A stretch of DNA of 64,000 nucleotides from Candidatus Omnitrophota bacterium (lineage in GTDB: Bacteria > Omnitrophota > Gorgyraeia > JABMRN01 > RBG-13-46-9). Below, piece after piece: positions 7,976-17,200 of the stretch. The DNA is taken from NCBI GenBank assembly GCA_043817155.1, contig JBDRHE010000069.1, forward strand, positions 3,244-67,243. Direction: 5' to 3'. A program made the translations under genes and the position numbers. Position 1 is the stretch's first letter. Each line of letters begins with the position of its first letter. Below the pieces are notes generated by a model. It did no database searches. It saw only the letters and a list, made by a program, of their open reading frames with translations, and was not told the DNA's origin.

Positions 7976-8508
7976 GCATTATAGCGGAAGCATTAAAAAA
8001 GGCGCAGCGCGAATCTTCGGGTGTCAAAAAACCGAGAATGCGCGTCAACGTGCAAGAGCCGATCGCAATAAAAAAGAAGAGCGTTTTTCGCTTCATCACG
8101 CTGGCGGTCTCCGTTCTCCTCTTACTCATCTTAGCCGGGATCTCGTTCTATCGATTGAATCAGAACAGCGCTTTAATAAGATCCAAATTAAGCTTCCTCG
8201 TCAGAGAAATACCGTCCACGGATGATGAAAGCAAAGAAACTCGTGGCTCTCGCCGCGCAGAAAGAAAAGATGAGCCCGTGAGGGGTACTGTGCCCACGCC
8301 AAAGAATGTGGATCCAATCGACAAAACCGATCTTCCGCTCGATCTTAACGGGATCATGTACACGCCCAATATGCCCCTTGTTATACTGAACGGTAGAGTG
8401 CTTGCTAAAGACAATACGATAGAAGGCTATACCGTATCGGAAATAGGAAAAGACTTTGTGAAGCTTAAGCTAGGCAATGAGGAGTTTGAACTCAGGCTTG
8501 GGCGGTAG
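7972..8508 (+). CDS. ExeB/GspB-like protein
   Basis: MSIIAEALKKAQ N-terminus, TM helix, LNGIMY...VILNG C-terminal domain; ATGA-coupled to exeA. Confidence 0.7.
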   Translation: MSIIAEALKKAQRESSGVKKPRMRVNVQEPIAIKKKSVFRFITLAVSVLLLLILAGISFYRLNQNSALIRSKLSFLVREIPSTDDESKETRGSRRAERKDEPVRGTVPTPKNVDPIDKTDLPLDLNGIMYTPNMPLVILNGRVLAKDNTIEGYTVSEIGKDFVKLKLGNEEFELRLGR

Positions 8509-8896
8509 CGAGGGCCTCTCTTACTTCAGGATATATCTTTATCGGCTTGCCATTCTTATCAGTAAAGACATGAGTGCTCTCTCCTGTCGCTACTAAAGAA
8601 GTATCCCTGAAAATATTATACGAGAAGACCATGCTCGAATTCCTTATTTTTGGAATATGCGTTTCGATCGTAATGAGATCATCGTAAGTAACGGGTAACT
8701 TATAGGCGCAGTTTACAGAAACGACCATCAGCCTTACCCCGTTCTTCTCTTCAAGGTCCCTATATGAGAGACCCCTCTGCCTGAATAGTTCCGTCCTTCC
8801 GATCTCGAACCAGACAAGATACTTGGAATAGTACACGACCCCCATCCTGTCCGTCTCTTCATAGCGTACCCTTATGTTCGTTTTATTAATACTCAT
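8492..8896 (-). CDS. YbgC/FadM-family acyl-CoA thioesterase
   Basis: RVRYEETDRMGVVYYSKYLVWFEIGRTE. Confidence 0.9.
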   Translation of the reverse strand: MSINKTNIRVRYEETDRMGVVYYSKYLVWFEIGRTELFRQRGLSYRDLEEKNGVRLMVVSVNCAYKLPVTYDDLITIETHIPKIRNSSMVFSYNIFRDTSLVATGESTHVFTDKNGKPIKIYPEVREALATAQA

Positions 8897-8919
8897 TCTA
8901 GCACTTGCGTCATTTTCTT

Positions 8920-9376
8920 CGTCTTTGCGAGGCACCGGAAAATTCGAGTGTGCCGAAGCCCCGCCGCATGATTCGCATAGCGGGATCCCGCCATACGAGA
9001 GTAACGGCGGGACAATCTCAGCTTACCCCGTCTTTGCGAGGCACCGTAAAACTCGAGCGTGCCGAAGCCTGCCTGCCCGAAATATACTGGCAGGCCCGCC
9101 TGCCATTTAAAAGCTTTGGCGGGCAGGCAGGCAATCTCGTCGAGCTCGCTTGAGATTGCTTCAGTGCGCTCGTTATATTACGGCACTTCGCAAAGACAGA
9201 CTTAGTAAGATTGCTTCCTCCTTCGCCACATTGCTTTCGCCCTACTTCGCTGAATACTTTACGTGTTCAGCTTCGTAGCGGCAAGCGTGTGGCTACGGAG
9301 AGACGAGTCGGTGCGCTAGCTTTTTACGGCACCTCGGCCTGTTAGATATTCATATCTAACAGGCCTCGCAAAGACG
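8920..9376. mobile_element. Nested palindromic repeat composite (family A host GTCTTTGCGAGG...CCTCGCAAAGAC containing a second A copy and inserts X, Y, Z, W, V)
   Basis: Terminal inverted repeats and arms shared with 7 other loci; inserts delimited by comparison with the insert-free arm at 54162-54265. Confidence 0.85.
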
Positions 9377-9397
9377 TGTTTTAATTAATGGCAACTC

Positions 9398-9853
9398 TTA
9401 CAGCTTAAGCACAAACTGGTGGATATGAAATCCGCTTACTTCCAGGTCCTCCTTTTCGACGAAACCCATCTTCTTGCAGAGGTTCATCGCCTGCAGCATC
9501 CTGTCGGTTGCCCTAAAAATAATCTCCTCGTATTTCTGAGACCCGCAGAATTCTATTGCATTTTTCAATAGATCCCTACCGAACCCTTTTTGTCTGTATT
9601 TCTCGTCGACAAATAACCTCCTGAGTAACGCGCTCTTATCGGAATCTCTCTTTATCCCCACGGAACCTACGATCTTCCCATCCTCTTCTACAATAAAGAA
9701 CGTGTTGCCCTCACCGCTGTAACTGCCGGAGATATCATTTATATCGGTATCGCGATAAGCGGATTGGTCAAAAGGGTACTCCTTCTCAAGAACAGAAAGA
9801 ATAAGCTCCCTTACGCTTGCGCTGTCTTCGGGTTTATAGACTCTGACTGCCAT
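9398..9853 (-). CDS. GNAT family N-acetyltransferase
   Basis: LRRLFVDEKYRQKGFG acetyl-CoA motif. Confidence 0.88.
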   Translation of the reverse strand: MAVRVYKPEDSASVRELILSVLEKEYPFDQSAYRDTDINDISGSYSGEGNTFFIVEEDGKIVGSVGIKRDSDKSALLRRLFVDEKYRQKGFGRDLLKNAIEFCGSQKYEEIIFRATDRMLQAMNLCKKMGFVEKEDLEVSGFHIHQFVLKL

Positions 9854-9868
9854 CTGCCACCTCCGTAT

Positions 9869-10267
9869 TCATTCTATAATAACATTCACCGACACTCTTC
9901 GGCTCCTGGGGCCGTCAAATTCGCAGAAATAGATACCCTGCCATCTTCCGAGATGCAAAGACCCGTCTTTTATGAATACCGTTTCCGAAGCGCCGACAAG
10001 AGTCGCCTTTACATGGGCCGGTGAATTGCCTTCGGCGTGAGCATATGAAAGCGTCTCTGGGACCATCTTCTTCATGGCCTTTATAATGTCGCTTATTACG
10101 CCGGGATCGGCGTTTTCGTTAATGGTCACCGCGGCGGTCGTATGGGGAACAAATATAGTGCAAATACCCGACCTTGCCCCTGACGCCTTTATAACATCCT
10201 CAACTTCGCCGGTAATATCGATAAATGCTTCGCGCTGTGTAGTTTTAAGAGAGAACTCTTTTATCAT
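9869..10267 (-). CDS. yjbQ: YjbQ/UPF0047 family protein
   Basis: PHTTAAVTINENADP, HAEGNSPAHVK, LGRWQGIYFCEFDGPR; ATGA overlap with the aroB stop. Confidence 0.9.
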   Translation of the reverse strand: MIKEFSLKTTQREAFIDITGEVEDVIKASGARSGICTIFVPHTTAAVTINENADPGVISDIIKAMKKMVPETLSYAHAEGNSPAHVKATLVGASETVFIKDGSLHLGRWQGIYFCEFDGPRSRRVSVNVIIE

Positions 10268-11358
10268 CTTCTTATACAATTCTTTACGACATTGTTTATG
10301 ATCGAGTTAGGTACCTGGTCTACAATCCTTACATGCCCTACAGCAGTCGGAAGTATGAACCTGTTCACTCCGTATATAAACTTCTTGTCGTATGAGAGCG
10401 CCGTCATTACATCTTCCAGCTTGATATGCCTTGTGCTGGTCTTCGCGGATATCTTATTTACGAGCGAAAAGATCTTCTCGTAATTCTTCTTTGAAAGCAG
10501 CTCAAGCTTTACTGCTATAAGTGATGCCATGACCATCCCCATCGCCACGGCCTGGCCGTGCGCCATCGAGCCGCGATAACTGGACGCGGTCTCAATGGCG
10601 TGCCCGAGCGTGTGCCCGAAATTCAGTATTGCCCGATGGTCCTTCGTATCGAACTCATCTGTCTCTACGACCCTTGCTTTGATGCTGCAGGATTTGTAGA
10701 TGATATGTTCGATGACCTTTTCATCGAGCGTGAGTATCTGCTTTAAGTTTCTCTCGATATAGGAAAAGAGCTTCTTATCCTTAATGATACCGTACTTGAC
10801 GATCTCGACCAGCCCGTTCTGGATCTCTCTTTTTGGAAGTGTCCTTAGAAAACGTAGGTCACAAAGGACCATCTTTGGCTGATAGAAGTTGCCGACTATA
10901 TTCTTGGCTTCCTTTATATCAATGGCGACCTTGCCGCCGATAGCAGAATCCACCTGGGCGAGAAGGGTCGTTGGTATCTGTATGTACGGCACCCCCCTGC
11001 GATAGGCGCTTGCGACAAATCCTGTCAGATCACCCGTCACCCCTCCGCCAAATGCTATGACAATGGGCCTTGTATTTGTAGCGAAACGGGCGAGTTTCCT
11101 AATAGTTTTGACATAGACCGGGAATGACTTTGCCTTTTCTGTGTCCGGTACCTCGTGGATCATTATCTTTTTGCTTATGGGCCTGAGAGCCTTCTTAAGC
11201 CCTTCCCCGTAATGCGTATTTACCTTGTTATTTGTGACCACAAAGAGCGGGACATCGTGCGGCGTTATCTTTGTCAGGAGCCACAGCTTCTCTATAATGT
11301 TTTTACCAATGTAGATATTGTAGCTTCTCTGGCCCAGATTAACTTTTACGGTCTTCAT
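10264..11358 (-). CDS. aroB: 3-dehydroquinate synthase
   Basis: GGGVTGD, PTTLLAQVDSAIGGK, LNFGHTLGHAIE; start at MKTVKVNLG. Confidence 0.95.
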   Translation of the reverse strand: MKTVKVNLGQRSYNIYIGKNIIEKLWLLTKITPHDVPLFVVTNNKVNTHYGEGLKKALRPISKKIMIHEVPDTEKAKSFPVYVKTIRKLARFATNTRPIVIAFGGGVTGDLTGFVASAYRRGVPYIQIPTTLLAQVDSAIGGKVAIDIKEAKNIVGNFYQPKMVLCDLRFLRTLPKREIQNGLVEIVKYGIIKDKKLFSYIERNLKQILTLDEKVIEHIIYKSCSIKARVVETDEFDTKDHRAILNFGHTLGHAIETASSYRGSMAHGQAVAMGMVMASLIAVKLELLSKKNYEKIFSLVNKISAKTSTRHIKLEDVMTALSYDKKFIYGVNRFILPTAVGHVRIVDQVPNSIINNVVKNCIRR

Positions 11359-11377
11359 CTTTTTTTTAGTCTGCTCT

Positions 11378-11755
11378 TTAGCGCGTATCTTTGTTCGCTC
11401 CCTCTCTATAGCCTTGCGTATAACCCTGCTTATATCCGTTATTGTAACCCTCGTTATAGCCCTGCGAGTACGCGTTTGTAGAATCCATGGTCTGGACGCT
11501 ATCACTGCGATCCACGTGTTCACCGCTTATGGAGTCAAGAAGCGCCCCGCCCACTATGTTAACCCCTGCGCCTGCGAGCGCGCCCTTCCATACGTCCCTG
11601 CCTTTGCCGCCTGAAGCAAGACCGCCGACAACGCCGGAACCTGCGCCAAGGAGCCCTTGTTTCAGAAGATCACTTGAACTCTTATCGGCGCCATAGCATT
11701 CCAGATTTACTGAAAGAAATAGAACCAGAACTACCAGCGATAATGTTCTTATCAT
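11378..11755 (-). CDS. Secreted glycine-zipper protein with C-terminal GYxx repeats
   Basis: Signal peptide, GLLGAGSGVVGG / GALAGAG zippers, YSQGYNEGYNNGYKQGYTQGYREG; GGGGG RBS before ATG 11755. Confidence 0.65.
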   Translation of the reverse strand: MIRTLSLVVLVLFLSVNLECYGADKSSSDLLKQGLLGAGSGVVGGLASGGKGRDVWKGALAGAGVNIVGGALLDSISGEHVDRSDSVQTMDSTNAYSQGYNEGYNNGYKQGYTQGYREGANKDTR

Positions 11756-11803
11756 GGATACCCCCTTTTTTCTCTCTTCCATTATACACCCATGCACTCA
11801 CTA

Positions 11804-12460
11804 TTACAAAAGTTCTCTCGGGAAACCTATATCCGCAACGATCAGCTCCCCAACAAACTCTTTTGCTCCTTGAACAAGGAGACCTCTTTTTGGCAATCCA
11901 AATGTAACGGTCGTACGGGCCTTTATGCAAGAGCCGTCTGCAACACCTGTTGTTGCGTCAAGACCACTCGGTACATCGATCGCGTATATGGGTATGCCAA
12001 GGCCGTTAATGAACTCTACTACATCGCTTGCCGATTTTCTAAGAACCCCTCTAAAACCGATCCCAAAGATAGCATCTACCATAAAATCGTAGCCTGAAAG
12101 CTTCCTTGAGTCGTGCAAGTCCTCCTTCGTCAGGATATCTCTCACACCAACGCCAAGCGCCATAAGAGCGCTCAGGTTCCTTGCCGGGTCCTCTTTTGTT
12201 ATGGCACGGCTTCTGCCGACAATAAAGACATCCACCTTAACGCCGCTTTCAAACAGGCGCCTGGCGCAAACAAAACCATCTCCCCCGTTATTTCCGGGAC
12301 CGCAAAATATGGCGCCTCTTCCCTTCTTGAAGCTCTTAAGTATCTCATCGGCTACAGCCTGGCCGGCATTCTCCATGAGCGTCGCCCCGGAAATACCGAA
12401 TTCCTCCTGAGCGAGCCTCTCGATCTCGAACATCTCCGCCGCAGTTACCGCTCTCTGCAT
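11804..12460 (-). CDS. nnrE: NAD(P)H-hydrate epimerase
   Basis: LMENAG, CGPGNNGGDG, VDAIFGIG, IDVPSG. Confidence 0.93.
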   Translation of the reverse strand: MQRAVTAAEMFEIERLAQEEFGISGATLMENAGQAVADEILKSFKKGRGAIFCGPGNNGGDGFVCARRLFESGVKVDVFIVGRSRAITKEDPARNLSALMALGVGVRDILTKEDLHDSRKLSGYDFMVDAIFGIGFRGVLRKSASDVVEFINGLGIPIYAIDVPSGLDATTGVADGSCIKARTTVTFGLPKRGLLVQGAKEFVGELIVADIGFPRELL

Positions 12461-12487
12461 GCTGTCGAACCTTTAATTTCCGCTATC

Positions 12488-12821
12488 CGTCTTTGCGAGG
12501 CACCGGAATATTCGAACGTGCCGAAGCCCCGCCGCATGCTTCGCATGGTGGGGTCCCGCCATATGATAATAACCGCGGGACAATCTCAGCTTACCTCGTC
12601 TTTGCGAGGCACCGGAATATTCGAACGTGCCGAAGCCTGCCTGCCCGAAATATACTGGCAGGCCCGCCTGCCATTTAAAAGCTTTGGCGGGCAGGCAGGC
12701 AATCTCAGCGAGCTCGTTTGAGATTGCTTCGGTGCGCTAGCTTTTTACGGCACCTCGCAAAGACGAGGAATGAAACGACCGTTTCGGTTCGCTAACCTTT
12801 TTATGGCACCTCGCAAAGACG
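12488..12821. mobile_element. Nested palindromic repeat composite (A[X]-A[Y])
   Basis: Left two-thirds near-identical to 8920-9197, including inserts. Confidence 0.85.
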
Positions 12822-12850
12822 AGAAGAGGGCCAATTGTTTCGGTCCGTTA

Positions 12851-13171
12851 CTAAGATACCTTACTTCCAACCGTTACCTCTTTTTCCGGAACCAAAATAG
12901 CAAGTTTACCTTCATCCTTGGTCGCGAGTATCATCCCCTGGGACTCAGAGCCTCTTATGGTAGCGGTCTCCAGGTTCATTATTACAACAACCTGTTTACC
13001 GATAAGCTCCTCTTTGGTGTAGTGCTCCTTTATTCCCGCGACGACCTTTCGCGTATCAACGCCTGTTTCAACGGTCACGATGTACAACTTATCTGCGTTC
13101 GGGTGATCCTCGCAAGCTACTACCTTAGCGATACGAATTTCCATGGCCTTAAATTGGTCAAAGGTTACCAT
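12851..13171 (-). CDS. tRNA-binding OB-fold protein (stand-alone MetRS C-terminal/Trbp111/CsaA-like)
   Basis: HPNADKL, VVAGIKEHY, IRGSESQGMILA. Confidence 0.88.
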   Translation of the reverse strand: MVTFDQFKAMEIRIAKVVACEDHPNADKLYIVTVETGVDTRKVVAGIKEHYTKEELIGKQVVVIMNLETATIRGSESQGMILATKDEGKLAILVPEKEVTVGSKVS

Positions 13172-13202
13172 TGTGCTCCTCCACTTCTATAGTACGTCTC
13201 GT

Positions 13203-13306
13203 TACGACGGACGATAGATGACGCAAGACGGTCGCTTAGGCATTCAAAGTCTTTCATGACGTTTATCCACGAATCGTCCATCCTCCTTCGTCCATCGTCC
13301 TTCGTA
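13203..13306. repeat. Inverted arrays of degenerate 7-mers (GGACGAW / WTCGTCC)
   Basis: ACGACGGACGATAGATGACG...TCGTCCATCCTCCTTCGTCCATCGTCCTTCGT. Confidence 0.65.
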
Positions 13307-13315
13307 GGTTAGTTC

Positions 13316-13612
13316 TTACTTCTTCTTCTCTTCCTTCTTAGGAGCGGCCTCTTTTGCTGCGCCTTTTGCTTCAGGAGCTGTCTGCGTAGTTACCGCTGCG
13401 CCGTCAGCTGCTACGGCTCCTTCGGCTGCAGGTACCGCCTTCTCCTTCTTGATCTTAAGCTTCACGATCTTCTGCTTTGGCAACCCAAAAACGGACTTAC
13501 CTTCTTCCCACTTCTCCTTTTCCTTAAGCTCCTTTACTCTCTCGTGGCGCTTAAGAACCGAGCGATGAGCCTTCCCTTTCTCCTTTGAACGTAGACTCGA
13601 ATGCTGCGTCAT
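13316..13612 (-). CDS. Small basic protein, PVC superphylum signature protein (TIGR04137-like)
   Basis: MTQHSSLR...HRSVLKRHERV...W...SVFGLPK. Confidence 0.85.
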   Translation of the reverse strand: MTQHSSLRSKEKGKAHRSVLKRHERVKELKEKEKWEEGKSVFGLPKQKIVKLKIKKEKAVPAAEGAVAADGAAVTTQTAPEAKGAAKEAAPKKEEKKK

Positions 13613-13627
13613 TTCATTACCTCCATT

Positions 13628-14230
13628 TTATTTTCTTCTTATAAAACATCCCTTATACTCACCCGCGAACTCTTTTAGCGCCTCCTTGGCCCTATCCATA
13701 TTCCCGTATGTACCAACACATACTTTGTACCAATTGCCCGATGATATTATGGATGTATCAAGACCCTTGGCTTTAAGAGCCCACTGCTCTCTATCCGCCA
13801 GATCCTTCTTCTTGTAAGATATTAGCTGGATCGTATACTGCGTATCAGCGGCCCTATCCGGAATAGGGCGCTCCTCTCTTGCGGGTACGATCTTTTCGGC
13901 CTCAATAGCCGCGGTTTTCATAACTGTTATGGGGCCAAGTTCGATCTCTGTAAACTGTCCCACCTTCTTTACACTAACCACTTCCTCGTTGTTTAAAGTG
14001 TTCTCCTCTATCCCTACAGGACGCGCTATTACTTTTCCACGCTCGACACCAAGCGCAAATGAGACTATCACGGCCATAATAACAATTATAACGGCAAATA
14101 TGATATTCTCGATAGGCAGATTCAGATAGAGTCTCTTCTTTCTCTGCGTTATCTTATCTGCGATCTTTTCGATCCTGCCCTTCTCTTTATTGAATTCGTT
14201 AAAAAGTTCTTTCTGGTATTCTATTGCCAT
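13628..14230 (-). CDS. SPOR domain protein
   Basis: TM helix with SFALGVERGK; C-terminal YTIQLISY...WYKVCVGTY. Confidence 0.85.
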   Translation of the reverse strand: MAIEYQKELFNEFNKEKGRIEKIADKITQRKKRLYLNLPIENIIFAVIIVIMAVIVSFALGVERGKVIARPVGIEENTLNNEEVVSVKKVGQFTEIELGPITVMKTAAIEAEKIVPAREERPIPDRAADTQYTIQLISYKKKDLADREQWALKAKGLDTSIISSGNWYKVCVGTYGNMDRAKEALKEFAGEYKGCFIRRK

Positions 14231-14233
14231 CCC

Positions 14234-17200
14234 CTACTCCCAACATATAGAATCGTAAGTGCAGTTGTTGCACTTCTTGTAATCTCTTTCCGGAAGTTTT
14301 TCAAATTCGAGGTCGGATATCTTCTTCCAGGTACGCGATATTACGCCTTCAAGCTCTGCGGTCATTTCGCCTGTGATCTCTACCTTCTTGTCTACATACT
14401 CACCTTTTCTTATGTTGTATTTAAGCACCGCGCTCTTGGTCTGCTCAAGAAAGACCAGGACACCGTGGGTGACAATATATTTTGTACGCTCGTATGTATC
14501 GCGCTCATATAGCATTTTGTAAGCAACCAGCTGTCTTAAATAGTCATCACACTCTTCACTCATCAAGTCGTGCTCGCCGGCCAAGCGCTTCAAATGCGCG
14601 TCCGGTTTGCCGGTCTTATAATCAATCACTCTTATGTGGCCCTTTTTCTCATCTTCGAATTCGATCTTGTCGAACTTGCCCGTAAATACTATCCCGCCTT
14701 TTAACGTAATGATCTTCTTCTTTTCAAGATCGATCGGAAGCACGGGTCTCTTCTTCCTCTCTTTGAACCATCCGGAAAGATCATTGAGCTTTGCAAGACA
14801 TGCTTTTTCGATAGCCTTGTTGACGCCCTGAAGCCTCAGCTCCCTGGTGAATGACTCGCTGAATAACGAGAAGTCTGGAAAACGCCTCTCTTTTTTATAT
14901 ATCCTGTAAGTATCCTCAAGGGCTTTGTGAGTGCAGTTCCCGAATACAAGACTCTGCTTCTTTCGTCCAGGCAAGAGTAGCAGATTATCATACAGGAACC
15001 TGCGTTTGCACTTGAGGTAATTGTTGAGCTTTGTAGGTGTAAGCGTGAAGTTCTTAACAAGATCTCTTAGCACCTCTTTTGAGCTTTTAAAGGGATCTTC
15101 TTTCTCACCCTTCTTGAAAAAATGCTTAAGAGTCTCGATCTCATCGGCCGCTTTCTTCTCTACCGGACCCTTTAGATCATTTAAATAAGAGCTTACGATC
15201 GTATTCTCAGTCGGGCTTGCCGTAAAGAAGAGATCCCTCCTTGCCCTGCTCGATGCAACGTAAAAGAGCCTGGTCTCATCGAAGAAGGAGAGCCGGGCAA
15301 GCTCCTGCTTGCTCTTTACAGACTCTTTCGTTTTCACAACGCTTGGAGGCAGAGGGATCCTTTCTGCAAGATGTTTAAGGGGCCAGCTCTTGTCCTGCAC
15401 ACAGAACGGTATAAAGCAGCTGTGAAATTCAAGCCCTTTCGATGCGTGCGCAGTGATTATTCTAACGCCATCCTGTGTGGCTGTCACAAGCTCGCCCTCT
15501 AGCGGCATTTTATGCGTCCTCATCGTTTCCAGTTCCTCGAGAAATCCCGTAAGCGTAAGGTCCGGTCTCGATAGGGACATATTCTTTACCATATTAATAA
15601 ACGATGTCAGGGCTCTTAGATCTCTTGTCATTAAGATACGACTCTCTTCGTATGTCTTCATAATGAATTTGTAAAGACCGGCGTCTTCAACAAAACCCAT
15701 AAGCAGATCATGTACGGGCCTGGTATCGGCGTCGCGGAGAGCTCTCTGTATAGCCCACGAGGCGCTATGCATCCTATCCGCATTATCCAAAGAGAGCTCC
15801 TTAACAATGCCCAACTTCCTGGTCTGGGGCGGAGTCGGTCTTGCTGAAAGATCATCGATCCGGAAAGCGGTTATGAATTCGCTAAATATATTCGTGCTTC
15901 TCTTTCGCTTCTCTGCATTTACGTAGTTTATGAACTTAAGGATCGTGCGCTGCGGTATGGAGAAGAAATCGCACGAGAGAACCCTGTAGAGCGCTAGATC
16001 CTTTTCCGAGACATCGTCCACCTTCGTTCTCGCAAGCTCCAGAACGTCTATCATCTGCTTTACCCTCTTTTGATGGCTTATATCCTCTTTTCCGTCAGTC
16101 GCATACGGTATACCTTTCCCTAGGAATGAGTCAATAATCTTGAGTATCTGGGACCTCTTTCTTGCGAAGACCGCGATCTGGTTGTACGGTTTGGCCTTCT
16201 CCTCGGAACCTGATCTCTGCGACTTCTCGATCGATCTTTTAACCTCATCGATCATGCTTGTAATATATATTACCTCCTCATCCTCTGTAGACAATTTGGT
16301 GAACTCTATTCTCTTCTGTCCGGAAAGACGCTCACTTCCACTCACAGGCGAATGCTCCTGCGGCACAAGGAACTTGGCAGGATCCATCCTCTCTTTGTCC
16401 GGGATGCTCTTTATTATGCGACTGGATACATCGATTATCTCTCTGGTCGACCTGTAGTTGTTCTTTAGCTTGACCACCCTTATGTCGGGGAACCGTTCTT
16501 TCAATATCTTAAAGTTAGCTACACTCGCCCCCTGGAACCTGTATATAGACTGGTCGTCATCTCCCACGCAGCATAGATTGGGTCTCTTCTCATCACAAAG
16601 CAAAAAGAGGAGTTTTAACTGAGCGCCGTTCGTATCCTGGAACTCGTCTACCATGATGTACTTGTATTTTTCACGTGCGGCCAGGCGTAGCGCGGACTCC
16701 TTCTGGAGTATATTCACCGCTATCATTATCATATCGTCAAAATCGTATCGCCCCCTCTCGTCAAAGACATTCTCGTCAGTACCGGTCTTGAGCTCCTCAT
16801 ACTTTTTGTAAATAAACGCCAGCTCCCTTAGCCTCGCGATATGCTTCTTCTCTACGTGTATCCCATCGGGTTTCACGCTCTCAAGAGCTGAGTTAAATTC
16901 ATCCGGCAATATGCCTTCGTTCTTCAGATCGCTTATTCTCTTAGCTATCTCTTTTATATAAAGATAAGGATAACCAAAGGGCCTGAGCTCCTTTATCTCG
17001 TCTGTAAAATGATCCACAATATATTCGAAGCACTTCACTTTTTCTAGCGCAGAGATCTGTATCCGTTCACGCAGGTGCTCTGTCGCCTCCTCAGAGTCCA
17101 GTATGATAGAATTTGCGAACCCGTGAAATGTCTCAGCCGCTATCTTATAGCCTTCAAATCCAACGATCTTCGCCAGCCTCTCCTTGATAGATTTTGCGCC

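Noticed and set aside
8874-9153. ORFs over family A/B repeats (also 12113-12721, 12493-12678, 24479-24691, 35775-36210, 38019-38356, 49752-50167, 54039-54221)
   Set aside because: They are translations of palindromic repeats (e.g. WIPAFAGMT, ARHRK); no RBS or domain evidence
9337-9364. GTTAGAT...ATCTAAC in family V as integron core sites
   Set aside because: Order is the reverse of attC, and 4-bp flanking duplications fit insertion by a staggered cut better
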